40,706 nt of DNA from Chitinophagaceae bacterium (GTDB taxonomy: Bacteria > Bacteroidota > Bacteroidia > Chitinophagales > Chitinophagaceae), in contig DASWYM010000547.1 of assembly GCA_036404975.1 (NCBI GenBank), forward strand, positions 1-40,706, read 5' to 3'. This document shows positions 1 to 8,862 of the stretch, piece after piece. The first letter of the stretch is position 1. Each line of letters begins with the position of its first letter. The notes below the pieces were generated by a model. That model made no database searches and was not told the DNA's origin. It saw only the letters and a program-made list of their open reading frames with translations. Position numbers and translations under genes: made by a program.

Positions 1-546
1 TTCCTCCAGCTCGTGGATCAGCTGCTCGCCCTTCTCGAGCGCCTCCTCGTTGAGGGGCAGCAGGTGGTGGTACTTCTCGGGCAGCACTTCTTCCAGGGCC
101 TTCATCACCGAGTCGAGGCTCACCACCGGCTTCAGGTGCAGGTAGGCGCCCAGGATGATCATGTTCATGATCTTGGGGTTCTTCATCCGGATCGCCTCGG
201 TGGTGGCCGGAATGCCCACGATCCTTATGTCGGTGCGCGTGCTGGGTTGCTTGATGGTGCCGCACTCGTAGAGCAGCAGGCCACCCGGCTTCACCCGCGG
301 GGCAAACTTATCCATCGAGGGCTGGTTGAGCACAATGGCCGTATCGAAGGTGGAAAGGATCGGAGAGCTGATCTTGTTGTCCGACAGGATGGTGATGCAG
401 TTGGCCGTACCTCCGCGCATCTCCGGTCCGTAGGAAGGCATCCACGAGATCTCCTTGCCCTCGACCATGCCGGCATAGGCCAGGGTCATGCCGAGCGACA
501 GGACGCCCTGTCCCCCAAATCCGGCTACAATGAGTTCTTCTAACAT
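1..546 (-). CDS. 2-oxoacid:acceptor oxidoreductase gamma subunit (3' end runs off the window)
   Basis: Not in the ORF track. Manual translation from ATG at 546 gives MLEELIVAGFGGQGVLSLGMTLAYAGMVEGKEISWMPSYGPEMRGGTANC, with the GFGGQG and PSYGPEMRGG gamma-subunit motifs. It follows the beta subunit in the operon. Confidence 0.93.
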   Translation of the reverse strand, partial: MLEELIVAGFGGQGVLSLGMTLAYAGMVEGKEISWMPSYGPEMRGGTANCITILSDNKISSPILSTFDTAIVLNQPSMDKFAPRVKPGGLLLYECGTIKQPSTRTDIRIVGIPATTEAIRMKNPKIMNMIILGAYLHLKPVVSLDSVMKALEEVLPEKYHHLLPLNEEALEKGEQLIHELEE

Positions 547-559
547 GATGTAGTGTTTA

Positions 560-671
560 AGAGTTTATAGTCCATGGTCCATAGCCATGAGTGATGAGTA
601 ATGAGTGATGAGTAAGTTCTGCGTACAGCGTATAGCTTTCTGCTAGCAGCTAGAAGCTAACAGCTGGCAGC
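560..671. repeat. Four consecutive 7-bp-period degenerate tandem arrays filling the beta-gamma intergenic gap
   Basis: ATAGTCC/ATGGTCC (560-586); ATGAGTG/ATGAGTA x4 (587-614); CAGCGTA-like (about 619-643); TAGCAGC/TAGAAGC/TAACAGC/TGGCAGC (644-671). Confidence 0.9.
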
Positions 672-676
672 TCTCC

Positions 677-1483
677 CTATCCCTTCGGCACCTTAATATC
701 CCCTACCGGGAACTCCTTCATCATCTCCTCTTCCACGAACTGCGTACACTGCAGCGGCGTCATCTTCCAGTTGGAGGGACAGTTGCCCACCACCTCCACC
801 AGGCAGGTGCCTTTCTTCTCCTGCTGGTACTTAAAGGCCTTCTCCAGCGCCTTCTTCGTGCGGCGCACACCGGCGGCGTTGTTCACCGCCTGCCGCGTCA
901 CGTAATACGCCCCCGGCAGGTTCGCCATCAGCTCCGACACTTTGATGGGATGGCCGTAGTAGTCCACGTCGCGTCCATCGGGCGAAGTCGTGGTCATCAT
1001 GCCCGCCAGCGTGGTAGGGGCCATCTGCCCGCTGGTCATGCCGTAGACGGCATTGTTGATGAACACGATGAGGAAGTTCTCGCCGCGGTTGATGGCGTGC
1101 AGCGTCTCGGCAATACCGATGGCGGCCAGGTCGCCGTCGCCCTGGTAGGTGAACACGTATTTATCGGGCATCAGCCGCTTGATACCGGTGGCCACGGCGC
1201 AGGCGCGCCCGTGGGCAGCTTCCTGCATATCGATGTCCATATAGTCGTAGGCGAGCACCGAGCAGCCCACGGGGGCCACACCGATGGTTTGCTCCTGTAT
1301 GCCCATTTCCTCCACCACTTCCATGATCAGCTTGTGCACCAGGCTGTGGTAGCAGCCGGGGCAATAGTGCATCGCCGTGTCCACCATGGTTTGCGGCCGC
1401 TGGTACACCACTTCGTATTCATCCGCAGGGATGGGCACTACCTGCTCCACCACATCCGGCAATACTTTTTCTTCAGTTGGCAT
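677..1483 (-). CDS. 2-oxoacid:ferredoxin oxidoreductase beta subunit (TPP-binding)
   Basis: YCPGC, GCS, HGRA, the GDGD...NN TPP motif and a C-terminal CP motif. Confidence 0.95.
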   Translation of the reverse strand: MPTEEKVLPDVVEQVVPIPADEYEVVYQRPQTMVDTAMHYCPGCYHSLVHKLIMEVVEEMGIQEQTIGVAPVGCSVLAYDYMDIDMQEAAHGRACAVATGIKRLMPDKYVFTYQGDGDLAAIGIAETLHAINRGENFLIVFINNAVYGMTSGQMAPTTLAGMMTTTSPDGRDVDYYGHPIKVSELMANLPGAYYVTRQAVNNAAGVRRTKKALEKAFKYQQEKKGTCLVEVVGNCPSNWKMTPLQCTQFVEEEMMKEFPVGDIKVPKG

Positions 1484-2543
1484 GATGATACTGTATTAAG
1501 GTTTCTAAATGTTGTACAATGCTCTCGGGTGTGGGCGTCATACCGCCCATGCGGCCATAGAACTCCACCGGCACTTTACCGGCAACACCCAGCCGCACGT
1601 CCTCCACCATCTGCCCGCTATTGAGCTCCACGGTCAGCACCATCTTCAGCTTGGGAGCCAGTTCGGCGAGGCGCTGGTAGGGATAGGGGAACAGCGTGAT
1701 GGGCCGCAGCAGGCCTATCCGTACACCTTTGGCGCGCGCCAGGTCCATCGCCTTCTGGCAGATGCGGGCGCTCAGGCCGTAGGCCACGAACAGGTAGTCG
1801 GCATCTTCGGTGTTCATCTCTTCCCACCGCACTTCGTTCTCGCGGATGAGCCGGAACTTGGCTTCCAGCTTGTGGTTGTGCAGCTCCATCTGCTCGGGCT
1901 GCAGTTGCAGCGAGGTAATATAGTTGCGCTTGCGGGTGGGCGGCTTGCCGGTCGTGGCCCACGACGACTTGTCGATGTCGGGGCGGGTGTAGGGCTTGAA
2001 CTCCACCTTCTCCATCATCTGCCCGATAGCACCGTCCGATAAAATCAAAACGGGGTTGCGGTACTTATCGGCGAGGTCGAAGCCGAGGAACACGTGGTCG
2101 GACATTTCCTGCACAGAAGCCGGCGCCAGCACAATCAGGCGGTAGTCGCCATGACCACCTCCCTTCACCGCCTGGAAATAATCGCCCTGTCCCGGCTGTA
2201 TGGTACCAAGTCCCGGGCCCGCACGGTTGACGTTCACCAGCAGGCAGGGCAGCTCGGCGCCCGCCATATACGATATGCCTTCCTGCATCAGGCTGAAGCC
2301 CGGTGACGACGAAGAGGTCATGGCCCGGAAGCCGGCACCCGCCGCTCCGTACACCATGTTGATGGAAGCCACTTCGCTTTCAGCCTGCATCACCACGCGG
2401 CCGCGGCGGGGCATTTCACGCGCCAGGTATTCCAGCACTTCCGATTGAGGCGTAATGGGGTAGCCGAAGTAGGCATCGCAGCCGGCCAGGATGGCGGCCT
2501 CGGCGAGGGCTTCGTTACCCTTCATGAGTTTTGTTCCCGTCAT
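1473..2543 (-). CDS. vorB: 2-oxoacid:ferredoxin oxidoreductase alpha subunit (3-methyl-2-oxobutanoate dehydrogenase VorB-like)
   Basis: GNEA, GYPITPQSE, QAESE, TSSSSPG, RAGPGLG, GGGHGD motifs. Overlaps the beta start. Confidence 0.92.
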   Translation of the reverse strand: MTGTKLMKGNEALAEAAILAGCDAYFGYPITPQSEVLEYLAREMPRRGRVVMQAESEVASINMVYGAAGAGFRAMTSSSSPGFSLMQEGISYMAGAELPCLLVNVNRAGPGLGTIQPGQGDYFQAVKGGGHGDYRLIVLAPASVQEMSDHVFLGFDLADKYRNPVLILSDGAIGQMMEKVEFKPYTRPDIDKSSWATTGKPPTRKRNYITSLQLQPEQMELHNHKLEAKFRLIRENEVRWEEMNTEDADYLFVAYGLSARICQKAMDLARAKGVRIGLLRPITLFPYPYQRLAELAPKLKMVLTVELNSGQMVEDVRLGVAGKVPVEFYGRMGGMTPTPESIVQHLETLIQYHHAN

Positions 2544-2555
2544 AACGAATATTTA

Positions 2556-2873
2556 TTAGGATGGACTGATCATGGATTGGAGCTGCTCCCGTATGTCGGC
2601 AGGCGTCACATCCACCGGTTTCTTTTTGGGAGCGGTACGGAACACCGTGATCACCGCGTCGGGGCACACCAGCGCGCAGTTGACACACCCGTTGCACAGG
2701 TCGTTGTTGGCCACAGCATAGCGGTATCCTTTGATGTTGATAGTGTCGGAGAGGGAGAGAGCGCCTTCCTTGCAGGCTGCCGTGCAAAGCTCGCAACCCT
2801 TGCAGCGCTGAATGTTCACTTCAACCCTGCCTTTTACTTTTCGATCTTTAGCAGCAATCGTATTGGGTTCCAT
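2556..2873 (-). CDS. 4Fe-4S dicluster ferredoxin-like delta subunit
   Basis: Two CxxCxxCxxxC motifs (CKGCELCTAAC and CNGCVNCALVCP). First gene of the operon. Confidence 0.93.
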   Translation of the reverse strand: MEPNTIAAKDRKVKGRVEVNIQRCKGCELCTAACKEGALSLSDTINIKGYRYAVANNDLCNGCVNCALVCPDAVITVFRTAPKKKPVDVTPADIREQLQSMISPS

Positions 2874-2957
2874 AACCAGGAATTTAGAGATATAACAAGC
2901 GCTTCAAATGTCGTGAGAAGTAGCAATGGATTGTCATGGCCACGTCATGTGGAGATA

Positions 2958-2969
2958 TGATTGTTGTCA
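2958..2969. promoter_or_regulatory. Putative CRP/FNR-like TGA-N6-TCA site upstream of the oxidoreductase operon
   Basis: TGATTGTTGTCA. A half-matching site at 2936-2947 lies 23 nt from a -7-like GACATTTG (2905-2912, minus strand). Confidence 0.45.
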
Positions 2970-3049
2970 GGTCCCTGGCCAGTTCAGCGAGTCAGCCCTG
3001 CAATGAGCCCCTGACTCCGTAGGTCATGCAAGGACACGCTGCTCTTTTC

Positions 3050-3167
3050 CCGGGGTTCCGCCGACCTTGCGCCGGGGTTGTTCCGACCTTGTTCCGACCT
3101 TATATATAGGTCGGAACAACCCCAGAAGAACCTCGGAACAACCCCGGAACAACCCCGGAACAACCCT
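3050..3167. repeat. Inverted 11-bp-period tandem array (long imperfect palindrome)
   Basis: Four CCGGGGTTGTT/CCGACCTTGTT-like units, then centre CCGACCT-TATATAT-AGGTCGG, then about five AACAACCCCGG-like units. Perfect 12-bp stem 3089-3100/3108-3119. Confidence 0.92.
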
Positions 3168-3330
3168 TGCTTTGATGGGGCGTCACCAGGAGGTCAGGAT
3201 AAGGTAAAAGGGAGGGTTCCCGGCAGGAAAAAGGACTTGATTACAAATGGATGGGCAGGCAGAACCGGCACTTGTTCATTTGCGGGCTGCAATAATTAAC
3301 GGGACCTGTCATCAGACGCCGCCCGGGACT

Positions 3331-5451
3331 TTATATAATGGCCTCCATGGCCGAATGCTCAAATTGACTAATGGTTAAATTGCCTTTCCGCACACTGATG
3401 CGGGCATCTACGGCCACCAGCGATCGAGGGGTACCCATCAGGGGATTGATGTCCATTTCCGCTATCTCGGGCGCGGCTTCAATAAGGGCACTCACCTTCA
3501 TCAGCGCTTCGGCGATCAGCTCTTCGCTCACGCCTTCCCTGCCGCGCACCCCTTTTATGATGGGATATGACTGCAGGTGGCGGATCATGCTTAGTGCTTC
3601 TTCACGGCCCACGGGAACCAGCCCGGCGGAAATGTCCTTGAACACTTCTACGAAGATGCCGCCCAGCCCCACCACTACCTGGTGGCCAAAGGCATCTTCC
3701 GCCTTCGCACCGATGTACACTTCCGTACCCTTCAGCTGCTGCTGCAGGAGGACGCCATCGGCACCTTCGAGCGCCATCAGCCGGTTGAAGTGTTCGGCTA
3801 CCTCTTCTTCGCTTTGCACCCCTATCACCACACCGCCGATGTCGGACTTGTGCACGGGCCCCGACACCTTCATCACGACCGGGAAGCCCATACGGGCCGC
3901 CTGCACCACGGCTTCTTCCTGGCGCCCCACCGTAGCCTGCCGCACCGTGGGGATGCCGGCAGCTTCCAGCAGCTCAAATACTTTATCCGGGGGCAGGTAG
4001 CCTCCGGGGGCGTCGTCTATAATGGCTCGTATCCGTTGGATATCCACCCCGGGCAGCAAGGGATCGGGATAGGGCGGGCGCAGCCTGTTGACGCGCGAGA
4101 GGGTATAGCCAAAGCTGACTTCATCGGTAAAGTTCACGTGGCCCATCGACTGGAAATGGCTCACCTCGTCCGCCGCCTGGATCACCGCCGGCAGGATGGG
4201 AAAGATGGGCTTGCGGCAGGCCCTCATCTTCTCGTGCAGCACCATATATACGTCATCAACGCTCCACATGCCGGTGGTGCCGAACACCACGATGGAGCCG
4301 TCTATTTCATCGAAGTCGTTCTCTACGGCATCCAGGATAGCGCCCAGCTGTTCGGCGGTGCCGGTAGCCAGGAAGTCGATCGGGTTGGCCACCGAGGAGC
4401 CCGGGAATAGTTTGGCCAGCAGGGCATCGGCCTTAGGCCCCGTAAGCGGGGGCACCTTCATACCTCCTTTTACCAGGATATCGGTGAGCATAACGCCCGG
4501 CCCACCGGCATGGGTGATTACAGCCAGGCGGTCGCCCATAAGCTTGTTGACGGTAAAGATCCCTGCCACGTACACCAGTTCTACGCGGCTGTAGCAGCGG
4601 ATGACGCCGGCCTTGCGGAACAGGGCACTCACGGCGGTATTGGAGCCCGCCAGGGCACCCGTGTGCGACGATACGGCACGCGAGCCCGCCTCGGTGCTGC
4701 CGGCCTTGATGGCGGCCAGGCGACAGCCCTTGCTCACCAGCGAGCGGGCATGCTTCAGGAAGCGGGCCGGGTCGGCCACCTGCTCCATGTAGAGGAGCTT
4801 TATTCTGGAACTGGTCGCCTCGTCGAAGGTCTCGTCCCAGTACTGCAGCACATCCTCCACGCCCACCTGGGCGCTGTTGCCCACCGAGAAGATGTCGCGG
4901 AACTTCAGCCCCCTTGGGATGGCGGTCTCCAGCAGGAATACCATGGTGGCCCCGGAGGCCGACACGCAGTCGCAGCCCATAGGGTCGTATTCGGGAATAG
5001 GACCCGCAAACACGCCCTTGTAGGCGCCGGTGATCATACCAATGCAGTTGGGACCGATGAGAGTGCCGCCCACGGCCTCCACGATGTCCACGCAGCGCTT
5101 TTCCAGGGCCTTGCCCTCCTCGGCCGTCTCACTAAAGCCGGCAGAGAAGAGAATAAAGGCCCGGCAGCCCTTTTCGAAGGCAAGCGTCTTCAGCACGCCC
5201 TCCACGTAGGCAGCCGCCACGGCGATGATGGCCAGTTCCACCGGCGGCAAGGCCGCGCAGTCGGGGTAGCAGGGCACGCCCTGGACCACCGTCTCTTTGG
5301 GATTGACGCCATAGAGCAGGCCGCTGTAGTGATGAGTAATAATGTTGTGCAATACCTTACCCCCGGGCTTGGAGGTATCGTTCGAGGCACCGACCACAAC
5401 GATGCCGGAGGGGTTGAGGAGCTGTTCGGTAATCATATAAATAGATAGCAC
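3331..5451 (-). CDS. ADP-forming acetate/acyl-CoA ligase, fused alpha-beta type
   Basis: N-terminal VVGAS CoA-binding fold, GPNC, SHTGALAG phospho-His loop, NPIDF, and a C-terminal ATP-grasp domain (HKSD, EMDINP). No GNAT domain. The start may be ATG at 5436. Confidence 0.92.
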   Translation of the reverse strand: MLSIYMITEQLLNPSGIVVVGASNDTSKPGGKVLHNIITHHYSGLLYGVNPKETVVQGVPCYPDCAALPPVELAIIAVAAAYVEGVLKTLAFEKGCRAFILFSAGFSETAEEGKALEKRCVDIVEAVGGTLIGPNCIGMITGAYKGVFAGPIPEYDPMGCDCVSASGATMVFLLETAIPRGLKFRDIFSVGNSAQVGVEDVLQYWDETFDEATSSRIKLLYMEQVADPARFLKHARSLVSKGCRLAAIKAGSTEAGSRAVSSHTGALAGSNTAVSALFRKAGVIRCYSRVELVYVAGIFTVNKLMGDRLAVITHAGGPGVMLTDILVKGGMKVPPLTGPKADALLAKLFPGSSVANPIDFLATGTAEQLGAILDAVENDFDEIDGSIVVFGTTGMWSVDDVYMVLHEKMRACRKPIFPILPAVIQAADEVSHFQSMGHVNFTDEVSFGYTLSRVNRLRPPYPDPLLPGVDIQRIRAIIDDAPGGYLPPDKVFELLEAAGIPTVRQATVGRQEEAVVQAARMGFPVVMKVSGPVHKSDIGGVVIGVQSEEEVAEHFNRLMALEGADGVLLQQQLKGTEVYIGAKAEDAFGHQVVVGLGGIFVEVFKDISAGLVPVGREEALSMIRHLQSYPIIKGVRGREGVSEELIAEALMKVSALIEAAPEIAEMDINPLMGTPRSLVAVDARISVRKGNLTISQFEHSAMEAII

Positions 5452-5507
5452 GCAATCGCCAGCACGGCTGACGCGGCCAAAGTAGCGCTTCTGTGCCTAA
5501 TAAAAGG

Positions 5508-5519
5508 TGACGGCGGTCA
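5508..5519. promoter_or_regulatory. Putative CRP/FNR-like TGA-N6-TCA site
   Basis: TGACGGCGGTCA, 23 nt upstream of -7-like TACTTTGG (5477-5484, minus strand). Confidence 0.55.
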
Positions 5520-5545
5520 GGTGGGGCTCCGCCAGGTGGTATAGG

Positions 5546-5595
5546 CCATAAATAAAAGAGGAGCCGCCATGAAGCAGCCCCTCCTTTATTTATGG
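5546..5595 (-). terminator. Probable intrinsic terminator
   Basis: Imperfect 18-bp inverted repeat CCATAAATAAAAGAGGAG / CCCCTCCTTTATTTATGG just after the lipoprotein stop. Confidence 0.65.
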
Positions 5596-5614
5596 GTAAA
5601 TAGCGTAGCCCGGC

Positions 5615-6718
5615 TTAGTAGCTATACACGGTTTTGGAAATTCCCCTCACCCCGTTGTTGGCCGTATTGATCTCTTTCTTCAACACTTCCTTTACAAAGC
5701 CATCGGCGTCATAGGTATATTCCTTCTCGATACGAATCGATACATTGGAATATTTTTCCTCCACCACGTTGTTCTTTGAATCGTAGGTAAAGTTCATGGT
5801 GGGCCACTTCAGGAACACGTAAGGGTTGATGCCGGCATCGTAGGTATAGGTCCGGGTGGCAGCCGGGTAATTCGGTATGGTGGTCTTCTCTTCTACGCGG
5901 TTGCCGCCTTTAAACTTCAGCTCCACGTTAGAGCTCAGGCTGAGGTCGTTCAGGTAGAACTCCGTATACACCCGCTCGTTGTTGCCCTGGGCATCGGGGT
6001 AGAAGATGCGGCAGCTGGATTGTTCATTCTGGTTAGCAAACTGGATGTGGTTCAGCTTTCCCTCGGTCGTCCACGCAAACCGGTTGAAGCCGGTTATGGC
6101 ACCACCGTCCTGTTGGTCGAACGTAGTGATATCTTCCAATTTGTTACCGGTGTATCCGAAACGGTCGATGGAGTACAACTCCATGTTGTCTGTGGCATAG
6201 CCGTCCATATTACCGTAGTTCTGCACCTCTGCCAGCTTCCCGTCGTTGTCGTAAACAAAAGCCCGCTTGATCTGTGGCCGGAAGCTTTCGTTCTCATACG
6301 TATAGTGCACTTCTTCTCTGATCTTTTTGGCTGCCTTGCTGCCTCCCAGTACGTAGGTGGCGGCTTCGTTCAACTCGTTAGGTAAGAGGGTGCGCACGTC
6401 GGTGATGCCCCACTTGGCCAGTTGGATGCGGTACTTCGTGTGCGCCTTGGGCAGGTAGACTGTCTGGGTGCCCGCGGCCAGCTGCACGTCGCGCTGGTAC
6501 ATCACCCCGCTGCGGTCCCAGGAAGTGATGGTAAAGGTGGCGGGAATGCTGTCGTACACTACATCGCCCACCGTGATGGCGGCTTTTACTTTAACGGCAT
6601 ACTCCCCTTGAGGTGGAGGAGGAGGGGCCGGCACAGCGTCCTTGTCTTTCTTACAGGCAGTTAGCGTTGTGGCAGTGATAGCCATTCCTAAGGCTAGGCG
6701 GGAAATTACTTTTCTCAT
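5615..6718 (-). CDS. Hypothetical lipoprotein with beta-rich YD-like strands
   Basis: Start reassigned to MRKVISRLALGMAITATTLTA-C (lipobox, then KKDKD and a Pro linker). C-terminal FVYDNDGKL, YTYDAGINPY, YTYDADG motifs. Confidence 0.8.
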   Translation of the reverse strand: MRKVISRLALGMAITATTLTACKKDKDAVPAPPPPPQGEYAVKVKAAITVGDVVYDSIPATFTITSWDRSGVMYQRDVQLAAGTQTVYLPKAHTKYRIQLAKWGITDVRTLLPNELNEAATYVLGGSKAAKKIREEVHYTYENESFRPQIKRAFVYDNDGKLAEVQNYGNMDGYATDNMELYSIDRFGYTGNKLEDITTFDQQDGGAITGFNRFAWTTEGKLNHIQFANQNEQSSCRIFYPDAQGNNERVYTEFYLNDLSLSSNVELKFKGGNRVEEKTTIPNYPAATRTYTYDAGINPYVFLKWPTMNFTYDSKNNVVEEKYSNVSIRIEKEYTYDADGFVKEVLKKEINTANNGVRGISKTVYSY

Positions 6719-7069
6719 TTTAGTCTGGTTTTGAGTTTTAGGTGATGATTGTTTCCAAGAGTACCCCTCCTGTGCAGGAAACCGTTGGGTTCGAATTATA
6801 GCGTTAACAAAACTTTGGGAACTTTCCCGGCGCCCTCCCCAACGGGTAACAGGCAACCGGTACCGCAAATAGACAAACGAAGAGGCGGAGGGGCAAGAGA
6901 AAAAGGAATGGATTGTCGCTTTTGCTAAATGTATTGTAAGGAGCAGTAGATAGAAAAGGTTTACCGGCGAACAGCAAACGCCGCTTCACGCATACACGGC
7001 TGCCGCCGCAAGTAGCTGCATGGCGATAACCTAAAACAAGATAAAAAGCAGAGGGGTTTACCTAATGCC

Positions 7070-7324
7070 TCATCCGGCTTTGGCTCCCTTCAGTATATCC
7101 GCAAACACCTTCCACGACGGCACATCGGCATCGATGTCCTGGTTGGTGTTGTCGTAGTAAGTTTGTATATGCCCGGTGTAGGATTCCATCGCCCGCAGGT
7201 AGTGCTCGAGCGTGCTGTTGGGCCAGCTTTTTGGGTTGGCGCGCAGGTCTTCGATCAGCAGGCCAAGGAACCGGGTGAAGGAATCGCGATCGGTCACTAA
7301 AAAGTCGTGTAAGGAGTCAGACAT
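7070..7324 (-). CDS. Small hypothetical protein (DUF7660-like)
   Basis: 84 aa with a W-x-N-x-T-L-E-x-Y-L-x-A-M and PSW-x-x-FA-x-IL pattern. Family name from memory. Confidence 0.6.
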   Translation of the reverse strand: MSDSLHDFLVTDRDSFTRFLGLLIEDLRANPKSWPNSTLEHYLRAMESYTGHIQTYYDNTNQDIDADVPSWKVFADILKGAKAG

Positions 7325-7380
7325 AACGCTAGTATGGATAACGAATATACTCTCATTTCAGGGCACAACCGCAGCACAAC

Positions 7381-7411
7381 CCTACTCATCACTGATAACT
7401 CATTTCTCATT
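7381..7411. repeat. 7-bp-period array overlapping a stop codon
   Basis: Minus strand reads AATGAGAAATGAGTTATCAGTGATGAGTAG, nearly identical to the plus strand at about 16206-16235. It contains the TGA of the pentapeptide gene. Confidence 0.8.
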
Positions 7412-7979
7412 CTACTTCGATATCATACTTATCCAGCAGCCCTATGATGCCTGCCGCCGAAAAGCGCGCCTTGCGGATACGGTTGGCCTCGGGATCAATG
7501 GAGTAGTTGTAGGCCGTGCGCAGGTCGGCCTTCTCCAGTACGGTATGATCAAAAAGAGCGCGCCCGAGGTCGCAGTTATGGAGCACCGCACCGCTTAGGT
7601 CGGCACCGGTAAAGTCCACCTCGCGCAGGCTGCAGTCCCTGAAGGCCCTCTTCTTTAGTTTCATCCCGTAGAAGGAGGAGAGGTCCAGTGTGCAACTCTC
7701 AAAATGGGGCGTAAAGAGAAAGTCGCTACAGTCGGCAAAGTGCAGGCCCGTGAGCTTGCATTCGGTAAAGATGGTATCATGGAAAGCCGTCTTCCCCAGT
7801 TTGGCCGTGGCCAGGTTGCAGGCCCGGAACGTACAGTCCGAAAAGGATATACCCGACAGGTCTACCCCTGCAAAATTGCAGGCGGTAAAGGTGCAGTTAT
7901 CATATTCGCCCCAGGCCAGGCCTGTGGCAGTAAAGTTTGTCTTTTCAAAGTCCTTGTTTTCGTAATAAGCTCTTTCCAT
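7407..7979 (-). CDS. Pentapeptide repeat protein
   Basis: Tandem A(D/N)L/F-type pentapeptides (CNFAG VDLSG ISFSD CTFRA CNLAT). Confidence 0.93.
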   Translation of the reverse strand: MERAYYENKDFEKTNFTATGLAWGEYDNCTFTACNFAGVDLSGISFSDCTFRACNLATAKLGKTAFHDTIFTECKLTGLHFADCSDFLFTPHFESCTLDLSSFYGMKLKKRAFRDCSLREVDFTGADLSGAVLHNCDLGRALFDHTVLEKADLRTAYNYSIDPEANRIRKARFSAAGIIGLLDKYDIEVE

Positions 7980-8010
7980 AGTTGTAGCTCCATAAAGGTA
8001 CCAGCCTATT

Positions 8011-8571
8011 CTACCTGGCTTTCTTAAGCACCTTCTGCACTCTTCTTAATCCTTTTTCAAACTCTTCTCCATCCAGGTTATCATCCTCCTCCACGATGTC
8101 GAGGTCAACCAGCTCACCCTTATCGGTCAGCAGGAAGAAGCGGTAGTGTACCATCCCGGAAAGTATGGTAGCCGCCAGCACGCCCCTGATCTTTGTCTTA
8201 TACAGGTTAGGCCAGGCTTCATACCCCTCCACCCGTACGAAGTCATTGGTCTTCTTCCTGAAGAGAAACAGGTGGTACGTCTCGTTGGCCCGCGCACCGG
8301 CGCTCTGGAAGACCAGCAGGTCATTGAAGCCATCGCCGTTCATATCCATGAAATTCATATACAGCCTGCTGCATAAAAGAGAGTCGGATAGCAAGGGTGT
8401 ATTTTCCCTGAAAAAGGCAGCTTTTGCGTTCAGATCATAAATGGCCTCTTCATCTGCCTCCAGGATCAACCGGAAGTGGTGACCATTCAGCATCCACGAG
8501 GTATCCACCTTTGCCTGTGCAGAACAAAGGGAAGCAATAAAGAAGCTTAGGAAAGCCAGGCATATCTTCAT
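8011..8571 (-). CDS. Secreted hypothetical protein with a DxNGDGxxD Ca-binding motif (XAC2610-like)
   Basis: Signal peptide. FMDMNGDGFNDLLV...ANETYHLFLF. Confidence 0.65.
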   Translation of the reverse strand: MKICLAFLSFFIASLCSAQAKVDTSWMLNGHHFRLILEADEEAIYDLNAKAAFFRENTPLLSDSLLCSRLYMNFMDMNGDGFNDLLVFQSAGARANETYHLFLFRKKTNDFVRVEGYEAWPNLYKTKIRGVLAATILSGMVHYRFFLLTDKGELVDLDIVEEDDNLDGEEFEKGLRRVQKVLKKAR

Positions 8572-8583
8572 TTACAGGCAATA

Positions 8584-8835
8584 TTACACCCCTCTCACAT
8601 TCTTTTCATACTCCTCCACCACCAGCCGCGACCGCTCGGCATCTTCCTGGGACACGATCACCCTTACGGAGCCCACCCCGCCGGGGGTGACCCACCACGG
8701 CATCAGGGTGCCCATGATCTCGTCCTTGAGGAAGGCATGGATGCCCTCGCTCTCCAGCATACTCTTGATCATGCCGGCTTCTACGATGTCGCCGGAATAA
8801 ATCTCGGTAAGACTACTTTCCTTATGCGTGTTCAT
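8584..8835 (-). CDS. DUF2007-like putative signal-transducing protein
   Basis: EAGMIKSMLESEGIHAFLKDE...VRVIVSQEDAE pattern, 83 aa. Confidence 0.85.
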   Translation of the reverse strand: MNTHKESSLTEIYSGDIVEAGMIKSMLESEGIHAFLKDEIMGTLMPWWVTPGGVGSVRVIVSQEDAERSRLVVEEYEKNVRGV

Positions 8836-8862
8836 AGTCCAGTATTTAATAAATGAATAAAC

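Noticed and set aside
3050-3167. CRISPR array or iteron origin (also 23240-23381, 33030-33148)
   Set aside because: Units are 11 bp, contiguous, degenerate and inverted about a centre. There are no unique spacers and no cas or rep gene.
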